The notes beneath the pieces were generated by a model that ran no database searches, was not told where the DNA came from, and saw only the letters and a list, made by a program, of their open reading frames with translations. DNA of 64,000 bases from the human T2T-CHM13v2.0 reference genome, Homo sapiens, in NCBI RefSeq assembly GCF_009914755.1, contig NC_060931.1; one strand, written 5' to 3'. Made by a program: the position numbers and the translations under genes. Below are positions 1-13,444 of the stretch, piece after piece. Within the stretch, counting starts at the first letter, position 1. Each line of letters opens with the position of its first letter.

Positions 1-1
1 A

Positions 2-252
<251 letters not shown>

Positions 253-681
253 AGGCTGCTGCCCAGGCCCTGCCAGTGGGGAGTTCTGTGCTCTTGCAGG
301 CTCATCAATCCTCCGCATCTTCCTTGGCAGTCCACCCTACTGCCGAAAAGGGAAACCCAGAGGATTTTAACGTTATCATATAAATCACTGCGGAAGTCAG
401 TGTTTCCCGAGGCTGTCAGGCCAGGAGCGGAGAGGAGTGGCTGGCTGCTGGCTGCCTTCTGAGAAGGTGCCCAGGGCTACAAGGCAAAGGCCTGTGGGTA
501 AAGGAGAAAATTCCAGCAGGAAAGAAAGGCAGTTTGAAGAAGAGACAGTTTACCAGCTCCTATGACAAGAGCAGAGGCGGGGCCTTGGCACAGCTGAGGA
601 GGTGAAAAGGAGTTAACCCAAGTGTTCCTCCAAGTCTTCCTTCTAGAAAGGACAGGGTTCTGCCTGCCATCAGGAAGGTCA

Positions 682-940
<259 letters not shown>

Positions 941-1546
941 CAAAAATGAATCAAGTGGGGTTGTTGTCTAGCAACATATTCTGGTCCTTGAAACTATGTT
1001 AACGCTGGCCCTCTTAAGGCTTTCGGGGATTCCAAAATCTACTCAGCTACCGCCTTCTCACTATTTCTTGGAGTCGCTCCTTCTCTATCATTCTCCATTA
1101 ATATTAATTGAAGAAGTGAAAGCTGGAAGAATCACCTTCTGTCCTAGATTGTAGTTGTGTTGGAACACTGGACCAGGAGAGCCAGGCCCAACTCTGTCAT
1201 TAAGTGTTTTAGAACAGACACCTCAGTCACACAAAGTTTCTCTTGTATGTGCCCACCATAAACAGTTACTGGAGGATGACTCTCAAGGCCATTCTAGTGG
1301 CTGCTGGCAGTGCTTTTCCAGCCTGCTGCCCATAACTAAGGACTCAAGGCAGGGAAGACACAGGCACGGGGGTTATCTGAGGAGCGGGGACTGCCTCTTG
1401 CTATGCACAAGGTCAATGCGTTTTCACTGAGGTAGACCTGGCAGCTCCTAGGAGCTTCCATTGTGAAGTGGCAACACACAGGTGACTGGTCATCTGGGTG
1501 TGACCGCACAAGTCAAAGGCATTAATTGACCCCCACAGCAGCAGGA

Positions 1547-1618
1547 AGGGGTATAGCTCAGGGTTAGAGCATAAGACTGCAGACCGAGAGGCCACCAGTT
1601 TGATTCCAGATGCCCCCT
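1547..1618 (+). pseudogene. tRNA-Cys(GCA) degenerate copy
   Basis: AGGGGTATAGCTCAGGGTTAGAGCATAAGACTGCAGACCGAGAGGCCACCAGTTTGATTCCAGATGCCCCCT; GCA retained but anticodon stem, T stem and B-box are damaged. Confidence 0.85.
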
Positions 1619-1762
1619 CCGCATTTTCAATTTTGACATTTTTACATAGGTGCCCACATTTTAACTTCTTCCTTATTAGACACTTAGACACTAGGGTAAA
1701 TGTTTCATTTTTCTTTTTTTTTTTTTTCTTCTGAAACCAGCAAATGGTGAGGCTAGAATGTG

Positions 1763-1930
1763 GTGGTTCTTAACCCCAGGTATAAACTAGAATCACCTGA
1801 AGAGTCCGTAAAAGTGCCACTTCCCGGGCCCCACCCCAGACCAATTAAATCGGAACATCTAGAGTGGGGCCCAGGCTGGTGAAAGCTTCCCAGGGGGCTC
1901 TAGACTGCAGCTAAGGGCAAGACCCCGCTT
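1763..1930. mobile_element. MER5-type hAT-Charlie DNA transposon remnant
   Basis: gtggttcttaacc...tagaatcacctg...gggccccaccccagaccaattaaatcgga. Confidence 0.7.
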
Positions 1931-2007
1931 TAGCAGAGCTTCCAAGAAGCCTCCTTAGCCCAAGACTGCATTGTTCCCACTCTGCCTCTTCTTATTCATC
2001 CTTATTT

Positions 2008-2470
2008 GAACCCCGAATATCTAGAGAAAGGTCTCAGTTAATTAGGAAAGTGAATTTTGCCAAGGCTGCGGATGCACGTCTGTGACACCGCCTCAGGCGA
2101 GTCCTGACCACCTGTGCCCAAGGTGGTAGGGGCACAGCTTGGTTTTATACATTTTAGGGACACACGAGCCATCAATCAATATGTATAAGATGTACACTGG
2201 TTCCATCTGGAAAGGTGGGACAATGCCAGGCGAAGGTGGGACAACTGGAAGGTGGGAGGGGGCTTCCAGGTCATAGGTAGAGACGAAAGGTTGCATTCTT
2301 TTGCGTTTCTAATGAGCCTCTCTAAAAGAGGCAATCTGATACAGATTTATCTCATAAGCAAGCAGAGCGGTGACTTTGAATAAAATCAGGTTTGCCCTAA
2401 GCAGTTCCCAGCTTGACTTTTGCCTTTAGCTTAGTGATTTGGGGGCCCCAAGATTGATTTTCATTTCACA
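2008..2470 (-). mobile_element. MER4-family (ERV1) LTR; partial paralog at 26217-26556
   Basis: tgaaccccgaa...ggttttatacattttaggg...gcagttcccagcttgactt...tttcaca. Confidence 0.8.
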
Positions 2471-3434
2471 CTTATGTGGACAGCACTTAAAACTAGACCA
2501 GAACAGCATCTTCCAGGAACAAAGCCTCTTTCTGCATTTCCTAGTTGTACCCCTTCTGGATCCAGTCATTCTGCCTGGGATGGGGTAGTACCGGTCTTCT
2601 ATTTCCAAGGCAAACCACCAAGATCTATTGCTCAATGAGTAAGCCCTTATAAGGCCAAGACAGTTTGCAGAGGATGAAATGTCAACATGTTAAAGTATAA
2701 GTAAAAGTTCTACGTTGTGTTCAGATGTTCCAATTATCAACGGCAATTTTATGTCACAGTTAAGCTTTAAAGGCGAACTTCTGCAGAAGGGATCACTGAA
2801 TTATATCAACCATCTCAAAAACTAGAGGATGTCATGGCGTTCTATGCTTTAGAGAACAAATAGCTTTTTTGACACAAATCTTAAAATTCATGGAGGTTCA
2901 GCTATACAGCATAGAATTCAGAAGCACAATTCATGATTTTTAGTATCCCTTATACTAATCATGTTTTATGAACCTTTTTAAAAAGTATCTAAAATACATT
3001 TAATAATTCAGATTTATGTACACAACAGAAGTTTATATTTTAGATAGGTTAAAAACATGTTCCTGTAATAAAACTATCTCAAAGCAAGAAAGTCTTACTA
3101 TCTTTACATTGAATGGCAGGAAAACACAACAGAGAAGCAGGCATTGAAGACAGAGCCTGGTCAAGTGTAGTGTCACTTGAGGCTCTGTCTAATTTGATCA
3201 TTTAGCAAATGGCGCTTTGCTCTACTCCTCTGAGTTGAAAATATTCTGCATCCTGTGACTCTCCTTATTAGTATAAGATGTAGTGGCCTGAAAAACAGAG
3301 CTTCTTTTATTTTCAATGATGTGCTGCATAATTTCCTATTCATTAAAGTAGATTCCTTTTGTTAACAAGAGATGTGAACTTTTTATTTAGTACTCCCTGC
3401 CAACCCCTCCAAAAAAAAGTGGCATTGGTAACTC

Positions 3435-3565
3435 AAAGGATAAATGCTAGAGGGGATGGGCACCCATTCCCCATGATGAGCTTATTTCACATTGCATGCC
3501 TGTTTCACAACAGTTCATATACCCCGTAAATATATACGCTCACTAGATACCCACAAAATCTTAAG
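3435..3565 (+). mobile_element. L1M 3'-end fragment (paralog 27865-27990)
   Basis: ggataaatgctagaggggatggg...cattgcatgcctgt...tacccacaaaa. Confidence 0.75.
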
Positions 3566-5474
3566 GTTTTTAAGAAGTAGCTTTTGCTGTTCCAGTTTCA
3601 CAAACACTTAGAGCTTTGGCCTAGAACTTGGGTACTTGCCCTTTTCCCGTCCCTGCCCTCCAATGCCTTCTATTAGTGGAAACGGTCTCTCGGGGCAGTC
3701 TCCTTCCTGTATCCCCATTACTGTTTCAGCTCCTCCACCCAAGCCCGCCAGCCCTCCAGCTACTCTGTAAACAGTCTCCTTCCTCCTTAGCCTTTCCCTG
3801 CAAGTCTGCCTTTTTATCCATCCTTGTACACCTGAAGGCCAGCTTTCCCCTGAAGCCATCCCTCCCCTTCAACCTCTGGAAGGGACAGGGCAGGGTCACC
3901 TTCTCAGCCTCGTTCTCCACGTTGCCCCCAAACTCCAGCTCCTCCACCATCTCTCCATGCTTCTCCTCTCTCAAAGCCATCTTCTTTCACCACTCCCTCC
4001 TCTCACCATTCATGTCTTCTCTGACATACGGGACTCCACAAACAGTGGACACTTTTAGAACCAGGCTAACAATCTTATTTTCCTCACCGCCCTCTCCTTC
4101 TGTCCTCAGGAATGTCAAAACACCATGGCAATATGCTTCCAATGATAAGGCCTCTTGAGATTTCCATCCTGTTGCCTCTAAGAATGTTCACAAACTCCAC
4201 TCACGGCGGCTCTCAAGGGGTGTAGTGAGGCACAGATTCAGCATTTTCCACTAGTGTCTTCTACCGTGCTTCTTGGTTATCAGCTGGGCACATGGCTTCC
4301 CAGAAGGAAATCTGCATTTCCCAGACCCTCTTGGAGCTGTGAGGCTACAGGCAGTAGTCTGGTCAATGAGATGCAGGTGAAAGTGATGGGTGTCCTTACA
4401 GGAAAGACTTGTCTTTTCCATCTTTCTGCTGCCTGGGAGGTCGATGAGATGCCAATGTGGGTGATGGCATGCTGGAATGAAAGCCAAGCCGGCCAGACAG
4501 CCAGAAAGAAGAACTCGGGTTCTTGACCCTATGGAAAGCCATGCCTGGACCACCTAGCTGTGGACTTTTAAGTGGTAGCTTTTAAGCTTCTAGTTTGTTT
4601 GCTTCTTTCCATTTTGCTATAATCCTTTGTTATTTTGGTTGTTCAACGTTCATTGCCAAACTTGATCATCACTTGTTCCCTTTCCAGATCTTAGAAAACT
4701 CCTTCAATGACACCTCTTTTGATGTTTACATGTACTTACTGTTACAGAAAACGGTTCATTATCCTCATTTTGACCTTAATCTTGTCTACCTCTCTCTGTT
4801 CCCAAGACCCCAGAGCCACCTTGGGGCTCAGCTATCTGCTTGCCTATTATGGACCCCATGTTTGGCCTCTCAGCATGATTCCAGCTCCTTTGAGGGCTTG
4901 GCCTGTGGTCTGTATACCCTCATGGGCCCTTCTGCTTCCGCAGATACACTCGCCATTGGCCTTTCCCACCTTTGCTCTGGGGGCGCCAGTCTTTGGTGGA
5001 GTAAATTGTACAGCCAGGCAAATGGTCCCACTGCAAGTCTACACCAGTTTCACCTCAACCAGTGCCTCTCTCTAATGAGCAATGATTCTATTCCTTTCTA
5101 ATTCACCTCTTCTCCATTTCCCACAGTGCCTGGTTCACGCTTTGCCCTTCTTCCCAAGTAATGATTCCCACCCTACCTCCTTTATTCTCTTTGGATGACC
5201 TGTTTTCTACCTGACTGAGAAGACCAAGGTACACAGTCCCCTCAGCATCCTCTGCTTCTCTGCATCTTCACCTTCTCCTCAACCCCTCCAGGGTAAGAGA
5301 CAAAGCCTGGTTTTAACCAATTCCCTGCCAATGGATATTTAGATGGTCTCCAGTGTTTGCTGTTAGGAATTTAAAAACTGCATTCCATGAATCTCCACAT
5401 ATATGTGTCTTCATGCAATTATAGGAATATTTTTGAAGGACAAATTCCTATAAGTGGTACTCTGTAGAGAATCT

Positions 5475-5840
5475 TTTTGTTTCTAACTTTATTTTAGGTT
5501 CAGGGGTACACGTGCAGGTTTGTCATATTGGTAAATCATGTCATGGAGATTTGGCGTACAGATTATTTCGTCAGCCATGTACTATGCATATGTATTTTTT
5601 CTGATCTTCTCTCCTGTCACCCTCAAGTGCAAGTGTGTAGTGTTCCCCTTCTGTGTCCATGTGTTCTCATCATTTAGCTTCCACTTGTGAGAACATGCAG
5701 TATTTGGTTTTCTGTTCTTGTGTTAGTTTGCTAAGGATAACGCCCTGCAGCTCCATCCATGTTGCTCCAAAGGACATGATCTCGTTATTTTTTACGGCTG
5801 CATAGTATTCCATGGTGTGTATGTGCCACATTTTTAAAAG
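5475..5840 (-). mobile_element. L1P 3'-end fragment
   Basis: ttttattttaggttcaggggtacacgtgcaggtttg...gagaacatgcagtatttggttttctg...ggctgcatagtattccatgg. Confidence 0.85.
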
Positions 5841-6276
5841 ACTATTATTTTTTGAGTATCTTTTTTTTTAACAAAAGAAATTTGCTTTTCATTTGACAAA
5901 TTATCACGAACAGTATTCTATGTCAAATACAAGTCTCCAGACATAGCCACTGGGTCTCCTTTCAGTGCAGGGAAAGGTGGTGTCACCTAGTTACAGTTCT
6001 GTCCCCAGCCTAGCACACCTCACATGATGTTCAACAATTGCTACTAAGAGAATTATCTGGATGACTTGAAGGGTCTCTCCATTTATAAAGGTCAACAAGC
6101 CCACCAGGGTGACCTTAGCCAGAAGTGATGATGGAGAAAGAAGTATTAGTGACAGGAGGGAGGCCAGAGTTCAGAGAAACAGAACTGGCCTGGACATCCA
6201 AACCGGCAGAGCTGGGTCTTGGTCTTGGTGTGTCGACACATGAAAATGGTGTTAATTACACTGTCCTCCTATGACT

Positions 6277-6348
6277 GGGTGTATGGCTCAGGGGTAGAGA
6301 ATTTGACTAGAGATCAAGAGGTCCCTGGTTCAAATCCAGGTGCCCCCT
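6277..6348 (+). tRNA. tRNA-Cys-derived gene with AGA (Ser) anticodon
   Basis: GGGTGTATGGCTCAGGGGTAGAGAATTTGACT[AGA]GATCAAGAGGTCCCTGGTTCAAATCCAGGTGCCCCCT; 5 differences from 33561-33632; A- and B-boxes retained; TTTT at 6355-6358 and 6361-6364. Confidence 0.9.
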
Positions 6349-9067
6349 ACCCTGTTTTACTTTTAATCACCAAAGTGGGTCCTGGGTCATAAGCTCCACC
6401 CAATCCACCCACTTGGGGAAAAATGACACAGCCTATCTAATCCCTGATGCACAGCATCTCTGAAGTGCAGACTCAATAGTCCTCAAATGATTTTATGGAC
6501 TTTAAAGTTTGTAAGACACAGACCTCTGCCTACTGCAGCCCTCTGGGTACCACTCCAGCACTTTTGCAGAGTAGTCCAAAATCTCCCTAGGGACATCCAC
6601 GTGATCCCGAAGAGGGCTGGGCCATGTCTCTAAGTCCTGCTGTATTTTCCACAGCACCCAGCTTCCACTGTGGCACAGGAGAACCTGAAACAGCCACAGT
6701 CTCATGCCCGCCTTCAATGGGCATGAGAAATCTAATGAGCTTAGATTTCTGAGCTTAGTGTGCTGCACCCTGGACTTTGGCTCTGGGCCCTCAGGTTCTG
6801 GATTTCCCATCTGGGGCTGCTGCAGACTCACACCCTGGCCTACCCAGACCAAGGACTGGGGAAAAGCAGGATTCTGGGAGGCTCTGTGAGACTGTGGGCA
6901 AGGAGCGAGATGATAGAGGAAGTCAGCTGGGACTACCCAGAGGACTGACCTGAAACCATCAACCTCTTCTCTCTCCTCCACGCAGACAGATACAGATCAT
7001 GGGCTCCAGCAAGGGAAAGGAAGCTGGAGTCAGATTCCAAAATCAGTAAATAAAAATAAGAATAGGTAACGGGCAAGCCGATTGGAACCTTTTGGTCTGT
7101 CCCCTAAGGCTCATCTCATTATTATGTGATGAAAACCTTGCAGTCTGTAGCCTTTTGGGTGAAAGGAGCACACCGCGCGTAGTAACTGTGGTCTCTCGAG
7201 CCCCCTCTGATGGTGGTAGCTAAACAAAGCAAGATGCAGGATGTGTTCTTTTCTGGGATATTCTGATGTTACCCAAATTACTGGATCTCCAGAAGCTTCA
7301 CAGATGCAGCAGAGCCACCAATAATCCCAAATTATGTGGATATTTCCCACTCCTCCATGTAGTTTCCAGGCAAATAGCTGAAGGGCCTAATATGGGAAAT
7401 CGGGCAGAAGGATTCACTGTCCGTGACTGGATATTTTGGCAGAGTCCTTTTCTCAAGCTTGGCTTCCCTATCATCAAGGGAGGCAGGTTCTTTGAGCAGA
7501 TTCAGACCTGGGGAATGGGTCAGAGGTCAGGAACCTCCATTGTGCCAGCTATGGTGGTAGTTCAGGTCTACACGTCTAGGGGACCACGATGGGCTCCCCA
7601 TTCTCAGGCCGAAAATCCTTACCACTGATGAGTCACAGCCAAGACCTGTGTGGCACAGACCACGGAATAACACCCAAACTTCACTTTGGGTTAAAATATC
7701 ACAGTGCTTGGCCTCTGACACCCTAGAATCCTCCCAGCCCCACTGAAATCAGGGGCTCCCTTTCCACTATCATCCCTCCCACCAGCATCTCTGTCCACAG
7801 ACAACAGCTACCAGAACTCTTTTTACGAATGTAGAAGCTCCACACACCTACGTATTTTTCAAGCCAGGTTAAGTCACACGTGATAAATCCACTCTAACTT
7901 ACCTACCCCCTGAAGCGTATGGATTCTTTCTACATTATAGCAAGAAATTCCTAGTATCTCAAATGCATTTAGAATTGGCCTCCTGTGAATCCAGGGTTAG
8001 ATCCACCAATGGAGCAAACAGTTTTATCCCAGCTGCTCTAGCTATGGTATCTTAAATAGAATTTTAACTGGGTACACTCCTAATAAAAAATTCAGGCTCA
8101 TTTAAAATTACAGTCTTTCTACTTTATGAAGTACTCCAACAATCTGTATCCACACATGGTCTTGAAGTTTTTGCTGACATACATTAGCCAGTTGAAAATG
8201 ATTTTGGTATCTGAGTCTTTGCCTCCCAGCAACTGGTGCCCAGGCTCAACTGAGATCTTACTCTCACTGTAGGTCAAGAGACCATGAGGGTGGGGAACCC
8301 AATCTCTTGCAGTGAAAACCCTTCCATCTGGGCTGGTCGGCTTTCAGGCAGGAAGAAGCGGCAGGCTTGGAGATTAGGTAGGGTTGGTGATTTGGGATAA
8401 ATCAAGTTTTCCAAATGCTCCCATCAATCCATCTTACAATTCCTGAAGTTCTACCCTGAAGTTCTACCCTCTTAATCACTGACCTATTTTCAGCTGGGAG
8501 ACTGGGGGAAGCTGCCAATTCCATGGACATCAAAGTTTGGCAAGCCACAGGGATCAGCCCTGGCTCTCATTTTCAGCTGTTTCACTTATTCGGTGGCAGG
8601 AGATCAGAGAGTTTTGTTATACAGTCAGAAAAAGGCCTGTGTTTTTGTCCATGTAGAACACATCATACAGGGTGACACGTGAGCTATTTGCCTTAAAACT
8701 GGTAGGACCAGCCATCCTGCCCAGAGGCCACTTATAATCTGGGAACTACAAATTGGTCCTGATGGAACTGCAGGCAAAAGTTACTCAACTTTTCTACAGT
8801 CTGATATAGGCTTCTGGATTTCTATCCCCATAAACTACCTAGATTATCATTACCTTCAAGTTTAATGAGGCCAGATTTCCAATTCACATTCCCTTCACGT
8901 TTCTGTAATCACTTGTTACACATCCCTGGTACCAGCAAGGGCACTTTGATTAAAGAAGACGTCATCTAAGGTTACTGTAGACACGGGGGCAATTGCTCAC
9001 AGGATGGCAAGAAGCTCATGCACCTTAGGGAAGCCTGCAGAGCCAGGCTCGTCAAATAGGCAGGACC

Positions 9068-9542
<475 letters not shown>

Positions 9543-9594
9543 TCACAGTCTTGTTTAGGAGAATATAGTTGGCCAAACTGAAGCCATTACCAAT

Positions 9595-10318
9595 TGTGCT
9601 GGTTAGTTTTATGTGTCAGCTACGCACAGTGGCTCACGCCTATAATTCGAGCAGTTTGGTAGGCTGAGGCATGTGGATCACTTGAGGTCAGAAGACTGAG
9701 ACCAACCTAGACAACATGGCGAAACCCCATCTCTACAAAAAATACAAAAATTAGCTGGGCGTGGTGATGCACACCTGTGGTCCCAGCTACTCGGGAGGCT
9801 GTGAGCCCAGGAGATGGAGACTGCAGTGAGTTGCGACCACGCCACGACACTCCAGCTTGGGTGACAGAGGGAGACCCTGTTTGTCTTAAAAAAATTTTTT
9901 TTTTCCTTTAATGTGTGAACTTGGCTAGGCCATGGTGGCCAGGCGTTTGTCCATAGCAATCTGGATGCTGCTGTGAAAGTATCTTTTAGATGTGATTAAC
10001 ATTCAATCTATCGACTTTGAGTAAAGCAGATTACCCTCCAAAATGTGGGTGGGCCTCATCCGATCAGATGAAAGCCTTATGAGGAAATGTCTGCTGTCTT
10101 CTAAGAAAGAAACTTTACCTCCATGCTGTCTTCAGGCTCGAGCTGCAACCTCAACTCTTCCCTGCGTCTCCAGATTGCTGCCATGCCCTGCAGACATCAG
10201 ACTTGCAAGCTCCCACAATGGCATGATCCAATTCCTTAAAATCTCTATGTGCACACACACACACACACACATACAGCCCCTATTGGTTCTGTTTTTTCTG
10301 AGGAACCCTCATTCACAC
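9595..10318 (+). mobile_element. MLT2 (ERVL) LTR interrupted by an old Alu (~9617-9895); paralog 43453-44194
   Basis: tgtgctggttagttttatgtgtca...gagtaaagcagattaccctcca...gggcctcatcc...(CA)n...cctattggttctg. Confidence 0.8.
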
Positions 10319-10641
10319 ACCAACATTCAGAGGGAGGACACATCTGACCTCGATTTTTCCTTAACCAGAGACAGGATCCTGTCTTCCACCAAGACTTACA
10401 CAATTGTGAATTCCCCAAATGAGGCTTGAGATGTGCAAGAAAAAAAAGAGTTCTCCCCAGACCTGTGAGCACTGACTTAGCCTTCAAGAAACTGGTCTTC
10501 TCTAGAGCTTCCGGTGTCAGGCGAGGTTTTCTAGTGAAGACCTGACCTGCTTCCTCTCTCTCCTGCTTTGCAGAATGAATCCATGTGTGTTGAAGAACAG
10601 CTAAGAGTAGAACATCCTATCATGATCAGTGAGTGAAAAGA

Positions 10642-10953
10642 TGTTGGGAGGGAAGCTGAGGCAGGGCTTGCATGTCTGGCTAGACTTGCTGGCTCCTTGC
10701 TTCTAGCACTCCCACTATGCTAATGTTTCTCATTCACTTGATACACTGTTTCCTTTCAATCCCCACATCCTCACCACCTGTTTGAGCACCAATAAATAGC
10801 GTGTGCTCCCAATGCTTGGGGCCTTTGCAGCCTCCAGACTCGCCATGGCCCTCTGGTCCCACTTTCTCTTTCAAACTGTCTTTTTCTCATTCCTTTGACT
10901 CTGCTGGACTTCGTCACCCCCATGACCTGGTGTTGGGTCTGATCACCCCAACA
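10642..10953 (+). mobile_element. Solo ERVK LTR (LTR14-like), specific to copy A
   Basis: TGTTGGG...CCCCAACA termini, internal AATAAA, aaaga TSD; absent in copy B. Confidence 0.8.
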
Positions 10954-10966
10954 AAAGAAAACAGGA

Positions 10967-11038
10967 AGGGGGCACCTGGATTTGAATCAGGGACCTCTTG
11001 ATTTGCAGTCAAATGCTCTACCCCTGAGCTATACCCCC
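10967..11038 (-). tRNA. tRNA-Cys(GCA) variant (G37>A, G53>A)
   Basis: revcomp GGGGGTATAGCTCAGGGGTAGAGCATTTGACTGCAAATCAAGAGGTCCCTGATTCAAATCCAGGTGCCCCCT; T4 follows at 10961-10958. Confidence 0.92.
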
Positions 11039-11824
11039 ATGTAATTGCCTGTCTCCAATAAGAACTATAAACCTGTATGGCCACACCCTGACTGTCACCA
11101 TTATGAGATATGTACTTGCTTCGTCACGATATACCCCCTTCCTACTCCACACCTGCCTGCCAGCTCTACTTACAACCAGCATCCTTCCTTCTCCAGTGTG
11201 TGACTGAAGGCAGGGACATTAAAATCACTGCGGTTTGCAGCCAGAACATCCTTCAGACTCGCCTAGAACAGAGGGACTCAAAGAACTGGTTGCTCAACAG
11301 ACCCTTTAAAGGTGAGGCTGGGCTGGGCAGAGCTGGGTAAAAGCAAAAGTTCTTGAGCCCCACTTGAGGACTCCTAAGCCACACTATCTGGGAAAGGACC
11401 TAGGGACATGTGTGCTTCTAACCAACTCCCTGCACCATTCTGACTTACAGTTTGGAAACACTGGTTTAATCTGTTCCCTTCCATGGTATAGATCTAGAAA
11501 AAATGACAGTAATTAAAATCATGCCCAAACAAAACACACTTGATTAATGACCAAGTCATGACTAGAATCCACATTCATGATAAAGGGCCTCTTTGCACTG
11601 AACACTCTGAGGCAGGAGTTGAACTGCCTTTTCCTTTCCTCTTCTTTCCTCTTCTCCTCCATTCGCTGAATCCCACAATGTGTCAGATAAAAGTAGTGAC
11701 CAGAAGACAAGATCCAATCCATGGAAAAGTGGAGAAGTGGAGAATCAGAGAAATCTGTGGTCACAGACATGACACAGGACGGAGTGACTGCAAACACGTG
11801 GGCAGAGTGAAAGGAAGGGCCAAC

Positions 11825-11891
11825 AAGTGACACCATCTTGAACCAGGGACTAGATATGCAGCCAGATGCTCTGCCCCCAAAAGGTGCCCTC
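11825..11891 (-). pseudogene. Highly decayed tRNA-Cys relic
   Basis: ttgaaccagggacta---gatatgcagccagatgctctgcccc aligns to antisense tRNA-Cys ttgaaccagggacctcttgatctgcagtcaaatgctctacccc. Confidence 0.65.
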
Positions 11892-13002
11892 TCAACTGTT
11901 TAGACTTTCCTGATTGACACTGTTTCACCTATGTTCCCACGCCCAAGGATCTAATAGACATTGTAATTTCTCATCATTTTCAGTGAACCACTGGCAACTG
12001 ACCTCCTTCAGACAGACCTCTATCTGGCTTTGAACTTACCCTGTCCTTCCCCATGGACCTATCAGAGGACTTCTAGAAATCTTTCCTGCCTAGAATCCTG
12101 CAGCCTCCTCCTCAGTCCCTGTGTGGGGCAACAATTTGGAGAACTCCTGTTTAGAGCTGGAAGCTTCCTCTCTCCTTCTCTCCTACTTTAGTTTTATCTT
12201 CTCTTACCTACATCCCATACTCTCTCTCCACTTCACTTTCACCCTCTGCACAGTGGGGTTACTTTGGGCCCTGGCCTACATTTTTTGACTGTCTTCTCTT
12301 CTTCCCTCTCCTCAGTTACTAGTCCTTCCCTTTAAAAGGGAGACACCACCTTAACAGAGGGGACCCAGCCCCATGCTAGCCCCAAACCATTAGCTCAGCA
12401 CAACTGGCAGAGCCAGGACCAGGCACGAAGGCTATTTGAGCTCTGAAGCTCAGGCCTCCAGTATCCTGAATTAAGACAAGGATCTCTCCCCATCAGGTTG
12501 GCAGAAATGTAATTATAGAAACTGGGCAGACATAAAGAAACAGGTTCTTCATAGCTAGCTGCTGCTAGGCGCACCTGGTGGCACTGGGGTACTTCTGGGG
12601 ACAGCAATATGGCAATGGCAGAGACAAAATCAAGCAAGCCTATGATATGGTGAGGCCACCGCTGGGTCTGTTTTCTGGAGTAGCATCCCCACAGGGGCAC
12701 AAAAAGAGACAGGCCCAAGAATGATCACTACGGTATCGCTTGTGAGTGTGAAAAATCAAAAAAAGCTTAAGTGCCAATCAGTGGAGGAATGGAAAATAAG
12801 TTACAATATAGTTGCTTCTGGAATATTAAGCATCTGTTAAAAGGAATAAACTTGATCTACATGTATCAACATGGATAGGTCTGAAATACAGAATAATGAG
12901 TGATAAATATAATGACATCTATGTAATGTTTCAAAACACAAAAATCCATATATTGTTCACAACTACCAATGCACACAGTAGACATTTTAAAATGTGGATA
13001 GA

Positions 13003-13295
13003 GGGTGAGCACGGTGGCTCACGCCTGTAATCCAGCACTTTGGGGAGGCCGAGGCAGGTGGATCACGAGGTTACGAGATCAAGACCATCCTGGCTAACAT
13101 GGTGAAACCCTGTCTCTAATAAAAATACAAAAAATTAGCCAGGCTTGGTGGCATGCGCCTGTAGTCTCAGGTACTCCAGAGGCTGAGGCAGGAGGATTGC
13201 TTGGACCTGGGAGGCGGAGGTTGCCGTGAGCCAAGATCGTGCCACTGCACTCTAGCCTGGGCGACAAAGAGAGACTCCGGCTCAAAAAAAAAAAA
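13003..13295 (+). mobile_element. AluS/Y
   Basis: Full Alu; TSD aaaatgtggataga. Confidence 0.92.
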
Positions 13296-13444
13296 TGTGG
13301 ATAGAAAGGATAAACAGACAATTCAGGACAAGCGGCTGCCCTACAGAGGTCTGGGAGACCTAAATGATATCAAAAATCCATTATTTCGCACACACACATC
13401 ACACACATACACACACACACATTTTGAATTACAAAGCATGGCAT

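Noticed and set aside
3608-4158. Overlapping ORFs with similar ORFs at 28030-28399
   Set aside because: Duplication paralogs with differing frames and stops; no recognisable protein family.
7266-7628. 120-aa ORF conserved with 41154-41519
   Set aside because: Identity extends beyond the ORF and includes silent sites, so it reflects DNA homogenisation; no recognisable domain.
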